The notes: a model not told the origin generated them from the sequence alone. 64,000 bases of DNA from an uncultured Prevotellaceae bacterium (GCA_946186345.1 CAMHMV010000006.1:30521-94520), one strand, 5' to 3'; counted from the stretch's first letter, positions 1-10,686 are shown. Program-made: numbers and translations.

Positions 1-545
1 GATTCGCTCTCAAAGAGCCAGGGATAGCCATGACCGTCATCGATGTTGTCGCCAGTCTGTCCACCAGGACAATCGTGCATGTCGAGAATGAGATACAGAC
101 CTGCGGCACGGCACCAATTCACGACCGAGTCGATGCGTGCAAATCCGTCCTGGTCCTTGGACTTTCCCATATAGTCCTCATCGGTGAAGAGCCTGTAGTT
201 GAACGGCAGACGGATGGTGTTGGCACCCTGCCGTGCGATGAAGTTGATGTCGGCACGGGTGATGTAGTTGTCCTTGAACTGGCGCCAGAAATCGGCAGCA
301 AAGTCGGGACCCACCGCCTGCTTGATCATCAGGTCGATCATCCACGGCGAGTTGGTCTTGCTGAAGCCGAACATGTAGCCCTCGGGGTTGAGCCAGTTGC
401 CAAGGTTGGTACCTTGGATATAGAGCTTCTCGCCGTTAGGCTGCACCAGGTTGGGCCCTTCAACGCGGACAAATTTATCTTGGGGCTTAGCATGAAGCCC
501 CAAGGTAAGAACAAGAGAGAGTGTTAATAACAAGAAACCTCTCAT
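1..545 (-). CDS. Glycoside hydrolase family 5 (GH5_46-like), N-terminal part; runs off the window edge
   Basis: Not in the ORF track. Manual translation from ATG 545: MRGFLLLTLSLVLTLGLHAKPQDKFVRVEG...GTNLGNWLNPEGYMFGF...NTIRLPFNY...LILDMHDCPGGQTGDNIDD, i.e. signal peptide plus GH5 motifs. Confidence 0.85.
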   Translation of the reverse strand, partial: MRGFLLLTLSLVLTLGLHAKPQDKFVRVEGPNLVQPNGEKLYIQGTNLGNWLNPEGYMFGFSKTNSPWMIDLMIKQAVGPDFAADFWRQFKDNYITRADINFIARQGANTIRLPFNYRLFTDEDYMGKSKDQDGFARIDSVVNWCRAAGLYLILDMHDCPGGQTGDNIDDGHGYPWLFESE

Positions 546-568
546 ACTGTCATTTGGGTTAAAGATGG

Positions 569-1675
569 TTATTTCTTTTGGAACACGCGCACGTAGTCCA
601 CTTCCATTGTCACAGGAAGTGCGCTCTCGTCAACGCCTTGAGCGCCACCCCAGTCACCGCCCCAAGCGAGGTTGAGAATGACATAGAAGGGATCGTCATA
701 GGGCCAGTCGTCACGACCCAGTCCGCGGTTGTTGTAGCTCAGCTGCACCTTACCGTCAACATAGGTGGTGATGTTCTGGGCCGTCCATTCGATGGCATAG
801 GTGTGGAACTCGCCCTCGGCACCCTTGCAGTACATCTCGTGGGTGACCTGAGTGCCGTTGGAGTGAACGTGCGCATTGGCATGCAGGCTCGACGACACAT
901 AGTCGGGGTGGTAACCCACCTCTTCCATGATGTCGATCTCGCCGTCGGCAGGCCATGAATGGAAGTTAACGGGCATCATCCAGAAGGCGGGCCAGGTACC
1001 CTTGCCCTTAGGCAGCTTGATGCTGGCCTCGATGTAGCCATACTTCCAGCCCGTGTTGCTCTTGGCATAGACCCGGCCAGAGTAAATCTTGCCGTTCTCC
1101 TTGAGCGCTGTGATGGACAGCTTGCCGTTCTTTACTTCGGTAACAAGCCTGCCACCGGGCGTCTTGTGGTTCACGTAGTTCTGCAACTCGTGGTTCACCC
1201 ATCCGGCGTTTTGCACCTCGTGCCTCCAATCATCGCCGTTCAGCTCAGAGCCCTTGTCGAACTCATCGTGCCAGACGAGGGTGTAGCCCTCAGGTGCGTA
1301 ATAGGGAGACTCCTCGGCTGCCTCTTGGGTGATAGAGATGGTTTTGCGGGCGGCACCCGACGCGATGGTGACCTCACCCTTGCGGACCTCGGTTAACGGG
1401 TTAGCGGCAACTGTAATCGTTACTGAACCCGACTGTGACAACGTGTTCTTGGTGTCGAAGGTGATGAAGTCCTGATTATTGGTATAGGCTCCCCACTCCT
1501 GACCTGTGATAGTGACGTTGACGGTGTATTCACCACCGCTGGCAGGCACATTGATGCTTTCCTGCGAGACAGTAATGGTCACTGCAGGCTTGGGCTCATC
1601 TCCGCTCCCACCGCAGCCCCCAAAGAGGGCCACGGCAAAAGCGAACAGTAGCGTATGAATCATTAACCTTTTCAT
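569..1675 (-). CDS. Lipoprotein with BACON domain and GH16 (laminarinase / beta-1,3(4)-glucanase)
   Basis: Lipobox FGGC; BACON-like region; GH16 motifs WPAFWM, catalytic EIDIME, MEVDYVRV. Confidence 0.92.
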   Translation of the reverse strand: MKRLMIHTLLFAFAVALFGGCGGSGDEPKPAVTITVSQESINVPASGGEYTVNVTITGQEWGAYTNNQDFITFDTKNTLSQSGSVTITVAANPLTEVRKGEVTIASGAARKTISITQEAAEESPYYAPEGYTLVWHDEFDKGSELNGDDWRHEVQNAGWVNHELQNYVNHKTPGGRLVTEVKNGKLSITALKENGKIYSGRVYAKSNTGWKYGYIEASIKLPKGKGTWPAFWMMPVNFHSWPADGEIDIMEEVGYHPDYVSSSLHANAHVHSNGTQVTHEMYCKGAEGEFHTYAIEWTAQNITTYVDGKVQLSYNNRGLGRDDWPYDDPFYVILNLAWGGDWGGAQGVDESALPVTMEVDYVRVFQKK

Positions 1676-1685
1676 TTTGTTGGGT

Positions 1686-1770
1686 TTTCAGCTCTCAGTT
1701 CTCAGTTTTCAGTTCTCGGTTGAAGGCGGATACCGCTAACAACTGAAAAACTGAAAACTGATAACTGACA
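1686..1770. repeat. Heptamer tandem arrays in inverted orientation forming a long intergenic hairpin
   Basis: About 5 TTYTCAG-like units on the left, AACTGAA/AAACTGA units on the right, central GCGGATACCGC hairpin. Confidence 0.75.
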
Positions 1771-1778
1771 CTTGACAT

Positions 1779-3710
1779 TTATTTGTGCTTTTGGATGATG
1801 ATGTTGCTGATCTTGGCCTCAAATCCGGCAGGACATCCACCGAAGTCGAAGATCATCTTACCCTGATCGAACTCAATATTATCCTCACCATTCTTGGCAA
1901 CGACGTTAACGAACTGGAGTACGTTCTCGCCATCCTCAAGCGCAAACTTGCCATTGTAGCAAAGCGTGTTGGGGTCATTGGTCACGTCGGGATCCTTATT
2001 GACCTTGACGGTGGCACGAGCCAGCTCCATATTGGTGGTGATGGTGACGCGCACGTCATAGCCCTGGCCTTTCTCAATATGGAGGGGCACACCAGTGATT
2101 GAGCACTGGGCTTGCCACTCGGCTGAGGTAGCATTGTTGGCTGTGATGGTATAGACACCATTGGCGAAGGAGAAGCCGGGATCGGCAATCTGTTGCCAGC
2201 CGGCGTCAGCCCACCAGAAGCCCATTGTGCCTGCGGTATTGAAGCCTGCACCCAGGTTGTCGGGCGAGTTCACATCTACCCATTCTACTGTGGGCTCATC
2301 GGGAATGACGGGCAGCACGGTGCCGTCATCGTTGGCATGGTCCTTGAGCACGATGTTAGCGATGTTGACCGTGGTACCAGCCTGACAGCCGCCGAAGTCG
2401 AAGAACAGGTTAACACGTTCCATATCGATACCGGGCATGTCGCTCTTCCAGAAGATGTAGTCCTCTCCAGCCTTCAGGTCGATGCGGTCAGCAAAGTAGA
2501 AGACGTTGTCATCGCCATCCATCACGAGCTTCACGGTAACACCATTCAGGTCCTTGTCGCTGGTAAGGATGCAGGAGAAGTCATAGTGCTTGTCGGCCGA
2601 GGTTGAGATGTTGGTGGTCTTGAAGGCCATCTGAGCCTGCCACTGGTCGGTAGTAGCCTCGGGCAGGAATACGGTATAGTCAATACCGTTGTCCTCAAAT
2701 TCGGGATCAGCAATCTGACTCCAGCCGGGAGCGTACCAGAAGAACATACTGAAATCAGCGTCCTTCCACATATTGAATTCGCTGTAGGGATCGAAACCGT
2801 CAAATTCCTTCTCCTCGGGATCGCTGGTGAAGATGAAGCGCCAGGCGATGCTGCGGTTCTTCGGCTCATAAATAAGCACCATCTTCTTGGCAGTCAGCAT
2901 TTCGATACGGAAACGCGGGTTCTCGTACTGCTCATCAGAACTCATGTAGGGGAACAAGGTGTTGGGGGCAAGCTGGATAAAGGTCTGCTTGGTCACGTTG
3001 CCGTTAACATCCTCCCAGTCATACTCCTCAAAGCTCCAGCTGGAGGTTTGGTCACCGATGGTGGCATCCCAGTCATCGTTTGTTGTGGGACCCCACTTGG
3101 TAGTGCCCTTGTTCACATAGGTCAGTCCATCCTCACCGCAATTGTAGAGGAATTTACCTCCCTTACGGGTCTCGGCGGTGAAATAGATGCGGTCGTCATA
3201 CAGACCGAAGGCCTTCTTCTCATCGGGCTGAGCCGACCACCATCCGGTACCATCGGCTCCAGCGGGACCGCAAGCCAAGTGTGCCACTTCCTTGTGATCG
3301 AGGCGCCAATCCTTCTCACAGATGCGGCGGAAGTCGTTGGTGTAGTCAATCTTGGACTCGTTGAAGGTATATTCCTTCTTGATACCGGTCTGGCTGATGC
3401 CGTTGCGGTTACCCAGACGCAGCTCGATAGTGTGAGTACCGGCCTCGCTGTTCTTGTAACCCACCTCTTGCAGGGTGGAGTAGGACGTACCATCAAGAAT
3501 CCAGACGGGATAGGTGCCAGGCTGCGGGGTATACTTGGCGATCATCTGGTTGGTCTCTTGGTCAACAGAGACGCTGAAGTCGATACCGCTCACCGTGGGA
3601 AGACCGTTGGGATCTGCGCCTTCAAATTCTTCGGGCGAGCAGGCGGTGAAGCCAATAGCCAACAAGCAATAACTGATGATTGCTAATGTTTTATTTATCT
3701 TGGTAAACAT
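1779..3710 (-). CDS. Surface glycan-binding lipoprotein (SGBP-B, SusE/F position) with tandem CBM-like repeats
   Basis: Lipobox FTAC; directly downstream of SusD; two Trp-rich repeats (W.QIADP.F...WQAQ...FDFGGC). Confidence 0.8.
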   Translation of the reverse strand: MFTKINKTLAIISYCLLAIGFTACSPEEFEGADPNGLPTVSGIDFSVSVDQETNQMIAKYTPQPGTYPVWILDGTSYSTLQEVGYKNSEAGTHTIELRLGNRNGISQTGIKKEYTFNESKIDYTNDFRRICEKDWRLDHKEVAHLACGPAGADGTGWWSAQPDEKKAFGLYDDRIYFTAETRKGGKFLYNCGEDGLTYVNKGTTKWGPTTNDDWDATIGDQTSSWSFEEYDWEDVNGNVTKQTFIQLAPNTLFPYMSSDEQYENPRFRIEMLTAKKMVLIYEPKNRSIAWRFIFTSDPEEKEFDGFDPYSEFNMWKDADFSMFFWYAPGWSQIADPEFEDNGIDYTVFLPEATTDQWQAQMAFKTTNISTSADKHYDFSCILTSDKDLNGVTVKLVMDGDDNVFYFADRIDLKAGEDYIFWKSDMPGIDMERVNLFFDFGGCQAGTTVNIANIVLKDHANDDGTVLPVIPDEPTVEWVDVNSPDNLGAGFNTAGTMGFWWADAGWQQIADPGFSFANGVYTITANNATSAEWQAQCSITGVPLHIEKGQGYDVRVTITTNMELARATVKVNKDPDVTNDPNTLCYNGKFALEDGENVLQFVNVVAKNGEDNIEFDQGKMIFDFGGCPAGFEAKISNIIIQKHK

Positions 3711-3737
3711 AATATTTGATCTCTAAGTTACGGATGA

Positions 3738-5273
3738 TTAATAGTTGTTCTGAACCAGCGTGGGATCAGCATCGAGCTCGCTCTGTGACAGGGGGATGTG
3801 CTTCTTGCTGGGTGTCCATGTGTTGGTACGATAGCCGTAGTTGTCAGGCACGAGTACGTTAGAGGCTTTCTGGGTGATACCAGGAATGCCCTCAGCACGC
3901 ACGAGGTCGAAGTAGCGCTTGCCCTCGCCGCAGAATTCCAGGTGACGCTCGTTGAAGATGTCATCCATGGTCACGGTGGTCAATGCGGGAAGACCGGCAC
4001 GAGCGCGAACCTCATTCACATAGCCTGCGGCCTCGGCTGCACTGCCACCAGTCTGGAGCAGCAGCTCGGCTGCGTTGAGCAAGGTCTCGGCATAGCGATA
4101 GATGCGCTTGTTGTTGTTATAGTTCAGGTTCTTGGACGTCGGGCAGTCCTGATTGTTGGCAGTCTGGGGACGATACTTGCCGTGCCAGATGTGGGTGTCC
4201 TGATAGCGCTCGGTGTAGCTGTAGCCACGCAGGTCCCAGCAGGTAACGTCACGACGCAAGTCATTATCGGCATACATGTTGTAGGTTTCGAGACGCATGG
4301 GCAGGAAGCCCCAACCGTCGTTACCGCTGTCCCAGCCTTCGCCGCCACCCCAACCATTGGGGGAGCACAGGGTGGGGAATACCGTACCACCGGCAGCCAG
4401 GGGAGTACCCCAGTCACGCTGAGCCTGGTCGTCGTTGTAGTTGATCTCGAAGATGCTCTCGGAGCACCACTCGCCACTCTCCTGCCACAAGTCTTTGAAA
4501 CTCGGGTTGAGCTTGTAGCTGCTGTCACCGATGATCTGCTTCATGTAGCCCAGAGCAGTTGCATAACGGCTGTTGTCGTTCTGGTACATGACCATCTCGG
4601 CGTAGAGCATATAGGCGAAAGCCTGGCTCACGCGACCTGCCTCGGCATTGGGCCAACGCATGGGAAGCACGTTGGAGGCAATGATTTCCTCGAGCTCGGG
4701 GAGGAGCTTGTTGTAAATCTCGTCAGCAGTGATCTGCGGAGCAGTATAGGGCTGAGTGAGGTTCTCCAGATAGAAGGGCACATTGCCGTAGTAGTGCCAC
4801 AGGATATTATAATAGTACACGCGCAACAGGCGGGCCTGCATCTCCATCGAACGACGGAAACTCTCGCTGGCTTCGGTTTCCCACGATGCATACTTGACAG
4901 CATCGTTGCAACGCTTGATACCGCTGTAGAAGTCTCCCCACAGGGTAGCGAGGGTGTTGTTGCCATCGGCTTCAAAGTTGAACAGACGGTGCCAGTGCTG
5001 GTTGTCGGTATTGTCGGCACCACCGGGATAGAAGTCGTCGCCCATGATCTCACCGTCAACGGTCAGGTCGTTGTAGGCCGAGCCGTCCCAGTCGGGCCAG
5101 TGCAGAGGAGCGTAGGCAGCAGTGAGTGCCTCGTTAAGGGTCTCCTCGTCGGTGTAATATTCCTCAAGGGGTTCACCCGTCGGGTTCTTCACCTCAAGAA
5201 AATCGTCGCTGCAGGAAGTCAGTGCAAAGAATGCTGCACACAGACCTGCTATGATTGAAATATGCTTTTTCAT
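3738..5273 (-). CDS. susD: SusD/RagB nutrient-binding lipoprotein
   Basis: Lipobox LTSC; motifs RYAETLL, ERHLEFCGEGKRYFDLVR; follows SusC. Confidence 0.95.
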   Translation of the reverse strand: MKKHISIIAGLCAAFFALTSCSDDFLEVKNPTGEPLEEYYTDEETLNEALTAAYAPLHWPDWDGSAYNDLTVDGEIMGDDFYPGGADNTDNQHWHRLFNFEADGNNTLATLWGDFYSGIKRCNDAVKYASWETEASESFRRSMEMQARLLRVYYYNILWHYYGNVPFYLENLTQPYTAPQITADEIYNKLLPELEEIIASNVLPMRWPNAEAGRVSQAFAYMLYAEMVMYQNDNSRYATALGYMKQIIGDSSYKLNPSFKDLWQESGEWCSESIFEINYNDDQAQRDWGTPLAAGGTVFPTLCSPNGWGGGEGWDSGNDGWGFLPMRLETYNMYADNDLRRDVTCWDLRGYSYTERYQDTHIWHGKYRPQTANNQDCPTSKNLNYNNNKRIYRYAETLLNAAELLLQTGGSAAEAAGYVNEVRARAGLPALTTVTMDDIFNERHLEFCGEGKRYFDLVRAEGIPGITQKASNVLVPDNYGYRTNTWTPSKKHIPLSQSELDADPTLVQNNY

Positions 5274-5296
5274 ATTGATAATTCTTTATTGGATTG

Positions 5297-8200
5297 TTAG
5301 AGTGAGAGGTTAAATCCGACAGTGAAGGTGCGGGCCTGGGGATAAACACCATAGTCAACACCGAGGCTGGTGGCACCGGAACCGATCTCAGGATCGAAGC
5401 CCCAGTACTTGGTCCAGGTGAAGAGGTTCTCGGCACGACCGAAGAGGCGCAGACGGCTGATGCCAATCTTGCTGGTCAGACGCGGATTCAAGGTGTAACC
5501 GAGGGTGATGTTCTTCAGACGCAGGTAGCTGCCGTCCTGGATATACATGTCGCTGCAAACCCAGTTCTTGGAGTCACCGAGGGTGGGAACCTTGTCGCTG
5601 GTGCCCTCACCGGTCCAACGCTGGAGGACCCAAGTGGGATAGTTACCCGATGCGATGTCCTGACGGTAGGTGGCATCAAAGATGTCGGCACCATGAACGC
5701 CCTGGAAGAATACGCCGAAGTCAAAGCCTCTCCAGTCAACATTGAAGGTCAGACCGAAGGTCCAGTCGGGCACACCGTTACCGATGTTGGTACGGTCGTC
5801 GCTGTTGATCACGTTGTCGGCGTTGGTGTCCAGGAAGCGGAAGTCACCAGGCTTAGAGTTGGTACCATACTTGGCGTTATAGGCGTCGGCTTCGTTCTGA
5901 GTCTGCAGGTGCCGTCGGTCTTGTAGCCATAGAAGAAGGGGAAGGGCTGGCCGTTCTCGGCGCGAGTGCCACCGTCGCTGAACTGGCTGATGCCGTAGTT
6001 CAGGAAGCCGGTGTCATTACCCAGGTTCTTCAGTTTGTTCTTCAGGTAAGAAGCGTTACCCTTTACAGCGAAGTGTACGTCAGAAATGTTCCAACGGTAA
6101 CCGAGCTCAAACTCAACACCGCTGTTCTCCATGTCACCGACGTTGGCCAGCGGACGAGCCTCACCCACATAGCTGGGGATAGGCATCTCGATGATCATGC
6201 CGTTGGTCTTCTTGATGTAGTAGTCAAAGCTGAAGGTCAGCTTGTTGTTCCAGAAACCGAGGTCGATACCGAGGTCGGTCTGTTCGCTCTCCTCCCACTT
6301 GAGGTCTTCGTTGGCGAGACGGTTGGCCTTGGAACCATAGACCATGGCTGCAGTCTGTCCGAAGTAGTAGTTGCTGGTGTTACCGATAGTTGTCAGGGTG
6401 GTGTAAGCAAAGTCGCCGATATTATCGTTACCGTTCTTACCCCAGCTGACGCGGAGTTTCAAGTTGTTCAACCAGTCGCGGCTGCTCTCCATGAACTTCT
6501 CGTTCATGATGTTCCAACCAGCCGAGAATGAGGGGAAGATACCATACTTGTGGTTTGAACCGAAGCGGCTTGAACCGTCGCGGCGGACGGTAGCCTGGAA
6601 CATGTAGCGCTCGTCGAAGTTGTAGCTCAAACGGGCGAACATTGAAGACAGCCTGTGCTCGGTGTAGGGACCACCCCAAACACCAACGAGGCTCGTGGCA
6701 CCCGTCATCTTGCCGTCAGCATCGGTGGAAATTTCCAGATCGCCACCGGTGGTGTAGTTGATGCTGGGCTTATCGGGGTTCACGAGATACCAGTGAGAAC
6801 CACCCAGCTCGTCACCCTTGAACTTCAAGGCACTCTGGCCGAGCACGACACCGATGGTGTGCTTGCCGAAGGTCTTGTCATAGGTTACAGTGTTCTCGAC
6901 CTGCCAGGTAGTGTTGTTGCCCTTGAAGGCAACAGCCGAGGTGTGGTCGGCATTGTTGTTACCCGAGAGGTAATAGTGCTGCAGGGTAGCGCCGTTGTAG
7001 CCCCAGAAGGAGAGCTCGGCGCTGTAAGTGAAGTGATACTTCAGTGCATCCCACAACTGCAGGTCAACCGAGAACTTGGGCATGAACTTGTGGCTCCAGT
7101 TCTTGTTGGGATTGCCTTGCATCATGGCAATGGGGTTGTTCTGCTCCTGATAGCTGCCGATGAAACCGGGAATCGTATAGGGATTGTCGTTATCATCGTA
7201 GAAAAGGTCATAGGCGCTGTAGCGCTTAATCATCTCCTCGGCGATGGCGCCTCTCAAGGTCACGGGCAGGGTGGGAGCCAGGTACAGGGCTGAACCCAGG
7301 GGAGAGCCCCACGTTGAGTTGGCCTCGATGCCAGTGCTATGCACGCGCATATAAGAAAGGTTAGCGCCCAGATCCACCTTGTTCAGGAAGTTGCGCTCCT
7401 TGGTGGCGTCGATGATGTTGAACATATTGTTGGCGCGGATGGTCAGACGGTCATAGTTTGACTGGCCATAGTTACCGCCCACGATACCGTCCTGCTTGAA
7501 GTAACCCAATGACAGGTAGTAGTTCACTTTCTCGCTGGCACCGCTCACACTGACGTCATGCTGCATGATGGGAGCATTGTCGTTGAAGAGCAGCTTCTGC
7601 CAGTCGGTACCGAAGCCCTCAATCTTATCGCCGTTGGCGTCAGTCAGGTTGTAGGGATCGGGATAAAGCGGTGACAGGCCGTTCTGTACGCGACGCTCAT
7701 TTTGCAGGATGGCATAGTCGGTAGCGTTAGTCACACTGCGCTTTTTCCATGCACTCTGCCAGCCATAGGAGAAGGTGTAGTTCACGTTGGCTTTGCCGAG
7801 CTTACCCTTCTTGGTGGTCACGAGGATAACACCGTTGGCAGCACGAGCACCGTAGATGGCGCCCGAAGCGGCATCCTTCAACACCTCGATGCTCTCGATA
7901 TCATTGGGGTTGACGCTCTCCATACCGTACTGGTCGGTGGGCATGCCGTCAATGATGTAAAGAGGATTGGAGTTGTTGATGGTACCGATACCACGGACGC
8001 GGACCATGGACTGCGAACCGGGCTGACCCGATGAAGAGGTGACGTTGACACCGGCGGCCATACCCTTCAGGGCATCCTCAGCACGCAGGCGGGTCTTGCC
8101 AGCCAGGTCATCAGAGCTGACCTTGGCAATCGAAGCCGTCACGACGCTCTTCTTCTGTACACCGTAACCGATGACTACGACCTCGTTGAGCAACTCGGAG

Positions 8201-8484
8201 TCCTCGGTGATGGTGATGTACATGTTGTTACCGGCTTGCACGGTCTGCTTGCCGTAACCTACATAAGTGATTTCCAACTCAGCTCCTGCAGGGCAGGTGA
8301 TGGAAAAATTGCCGTCGAAGTCCGTTGCGGTGGTGTTCGACGTGCCCTTTTGCACAACTGTAGCACCAATCACCGGCTCGCCGTTGGGATCAACGACGGT
8401 ACCCGTGAAGGTCTGGTTCTGTGCAAATGCCGCTATTGACAACATCAGTGTCAACAACAGTGAAAGTAACTTTTTCTCTTTCAT
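5297..8484 (-). pseudogene. susC: SusC/RagA TonB-dependent transporter split by a 1-bp frameshift near 5910 (real lesion or sequencing error)
   Basis: Plug motif VLKDAASGAIYGARAANGVILVTTK; C-terminus YPQARTFTVGFNLSL. Adding one base after GYKTDG joins ORFs 5809..8484 and 5297..5812 as DG(I)LQTQNEADAYNAKYG...PGDFRFLDTNADNVINSDDRT. Confidence 0.9.
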
Positions 8485-8605
8485 GTCACATAATTTATTG
8501 ATTTATAAAAATTGATTATTTGGTTGTGATGATATTGTGCAGTTTTGCTGTTCTTAGGTTATGCTGTTGCAAGTGTTTTGTTGCTTGTAAGCGAGTGTTG
8601 CGATG

Positions 8606-8613
8606 CAAAAATA
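8606..8613 (-). promoter_or_regulatory. Bacteroidetes -7 promoter box for the susC operon
   Basis: TATTTTTG on the minus strand matches TAnnTTTG, about 120 bp upstream of susC. Confidence 0.6.
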
Positions 8614-8652
8614 TATAAATAATGAACGTATGAAGCAAGCCGATAACCAAAA

Positions 8653-8672
8653 AGTGGATGGTTTTATCCACT
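8653..8672. promoter_or_regulatory. Candidate operator for the PUL regulator
   Basis: Inverted repeat AGTGGAT-N6-ATCCACT between divergent susC and regulator, 40-60 bp upstream of the susC -7 box. Confidence 0.45.
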
Positions 8673-8853
8673 CAAAAAAAGCAAATCGTTGAATTTTAGA
8701 ATTTTATATAAAACCCATAATCGTTAAAAAGTGGTTAAAATGTAGTGTTTCTTTGTACCGAAAATAGCAGTTTATTCGTTTTTGGGGGCTTATTTTTGCA
8801 GGATTTGGAGATTAAGGTTACTTTTGCGACACTTAGAAACTAGATTATTCATC

Positions 8854-10518
8854 ATGAAACAACCTATATCGTTATTCGGGACCTTCATGTTGCTGTTGTT
8901 GTCGTGGCACACGATCGGCGCCGAAGAGATTGACCTGACGCGAGCCTACCGGCAGTTGGATGAGGCCATCAGCCGTTCGGACCAATATGTGCAGATGCGC
9001 GAAGACCGCATTTCCAAGCTCAAGACGGCCTTGGAGGTGACGACGGCAACCAACGCACAATATGACTTGTGCCACCACCTGTTTGAGGAGTACCATTCCT
9101 ATGTCAACGACTCTGCCATTTTCTACCTGAGCCGTTGCATCTCGTTGGCAAGGGAGATGGGTGACAACGTACGTCTTGACGAGTGTAACCTGGAGCTGGC
9201 TTTCCAGTGTACTGATGCGGGCATGTACCATGAATCGATGGACATCCTGCAGGATATTGACGTCAATCGCCTGAACGACAGCGACAAGAAGCGCTATTAC
9301 GGCACATTTTCCCATCTCTATGGCGAGATGGCCTATTATAGTAAGGTGCCGGCATTGCAGCAGGAATACCATGCCATGCGCAGCAAGTATAACCAAATGG
9401 TTGACGTAATGGTTGGCGTGGCTGGAGGTGCCAGCGATGAGGACTTGCAGCTCAAGGAGTTAGAGTGCTTTGCAGCTCAGGATGCCAAAGGTGCACTCGC
9501 CTATAACGACCAGCGCTTGAAGCGGGTGAAAAAGGGTTCCCACGAGTATGCCATTGTGGCCTTTTACCGTTATCTGGACTATAGTTTGCAGGGCGACTCG
9601 GTGCAGGCGCGTTATTGGGTGTCGCAGTCGGCATTGAGCGATGTGGAAAACGCCGTTATGGACCAGGGCGCCTTGTGGGAACTGGCTAACCTGCTGATGG
9701 TTGACGGAGATATGGATCGGGCTTACAGGTACATACGTTTTGCATGGCAGTGCGCCAACAAGTTCAACACTTTGAAACGCAGCAACCAGATTTCGCCCGT
9801 GATGACCACCATTAGCAACAACTATGAGGCAACGCTCCAGAAGGCCAACCGTCTGTTGCTTATTCTTTTCGTGGTGGCGACCCTGCTGGCGGCCTTATTC
9901 TCGGTCATCCTCTTCTACAGCAACAGCCAGCGCAAGAAATTGGCGCGAGCGCGTAATGATCTGAGCGACAGCAATAAACAGTTGGCGCAACTGAATGCAC
10001 AGTTGTCTGACCTGAATAGCCAGATGCGCGAGACTAACCTCAAACTCAACGAGTCCAACCGCGTCAAGGACGAGTATGTGGGCCGTTTTATCCACCTGTG
10101 CTCCTTCTATATCGACCGTCTTGACGAGTTGCGCAAGCGTGTCAACAAGATGGCTAAGAGCAAGGACCTCAATGCGTTGCATCAGTTCACAGGGGATAGT
10201 GAGTTGAGGGACAAGAACCTCAAGGAGCTCTATGAAATGTTTGACAGCACCTTCCTGAACCTTTTCCCCAACTTTGTGGATGACTTCAATGCGCTGTTGC
10301 GGCCCGAATGCCGCGTCACGTTGCCTAATCCATCGACGCTGAATACCGATATCCGCATCTTTGCCCTCATCCGCTTGGGCATTGAGGACAGCAGCCGCAT
10401 TGCCGAGTTCCTGCACTATTCGGTCAACACCATCTATAACTATCGCGCCAAGATTAAAAACGGTGCCATCGGCGACCGAGACACCTTCGAAGCCCGCATC
10501 AAGGCCATCGGCATGTAA
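8854..10518 (+). CDS. DUF6377 / SusR-like membrane-anchored transcriptional regulator
   Basis: Signal peptide, TPR-like periplasmic region, TM helix, coiled coil, C-terminal RIFALIRLGIEDSSRIAEFLHYSVNTIYNYR. ATG 8854 follows a TACTTTTG box. Confidence 0.88.
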   Translation: MKQPISLFGTFMLLLLSWHTIGAEEIDLTRAYRQLDEAISRSDQYVQMREDRISKLKTALEVTTATNAQYDLCHHLFEEYHSYVNDSAIFYLSRCISLAREMGDNVRLDECNLELAFQCTDAGMYHESMDILQDIDVNRLNDSDKKRYYGTFSHLYGEMAYYSKVPALQQEYHAMRSKYNQMVDVMVGVAGGASDEDLQLKELECFAAQDAKGALAYNDQRLKRVKKGSHEYAIVAFYRYLDYSLQGDSVQARYWVSQSALSDVENAVMDQGALWELANLLMVDGDMDRAYRYIRFAWQCANKFNTLKRSNQISPVMTTISNNYEATLQKANRLLLILFVVATLLAALFSVILFYSNSQRKKLARARNDLSDSNKQLAQLNAQLSDLNSQMRETNLKLNESNRVKDEYVGRFIHLCSFYIDRLDELRKRVNKMAKSKDLNALHQFTGDSELRDKNLKELYEMFDSTFLNLFPNFVDDFNALLRPECRVTLPNPSTLNTDIRIFALIRLGIEDSSRIAEFLHYSVNTIYNYRAKIKNGAIGDRDTFEARIKAIGM

Positions 10519-10555
10519 AGCCACGACAGGTAAATAGAGCATTTTTCTAATAAAT

Positions 10556-10686
10556 GTAGAGACGCAAAATTTTGCGTCTCCCGTGAAGGCTTTTTGTTGC
10601 GTCTCCCGGAAAGGCTTTATTTGCGTTTCCTGTGAAGGCTTTATATTGCGCCTAGCGATTGGAAACGCAAGATTTTGCGTCTCTAC
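10556..10686. repeat. REPIN-like element: two inverted GTAG-REP palindromes around internal ~24-bp tandem units
   Basis: GTAGAGACGCAAAATTTTGCGTCTC ... GAAACGCAAGATTTTGCGTCTCTAC; three internal TTGCGTYTCCYGKRAAGGCTTT units. Confidence 0.8.

Noticed and set aside
30-527. Plus-strand 165-aa ORF, and the many long antisense ORFs elsewhere (e.g. 3798..5258, 16640..18166, 20249..21286, 47624..48823, 51205..52410)
   Set aside because: Shadow frames opposite well-supported genes with GC-rich third positions; no recognisable motifs
5297-5812. Separate 171-aa gene downstream of susC
   Set aside because: It is the C-terminal part of the frameshifted SusC
10572-10652. Regular ~24-bp repeats resembling a mini CRISPR array
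   Set aside because: Units are adjacent with no unique spacers, derive from the REP arm, and no cas genes are present
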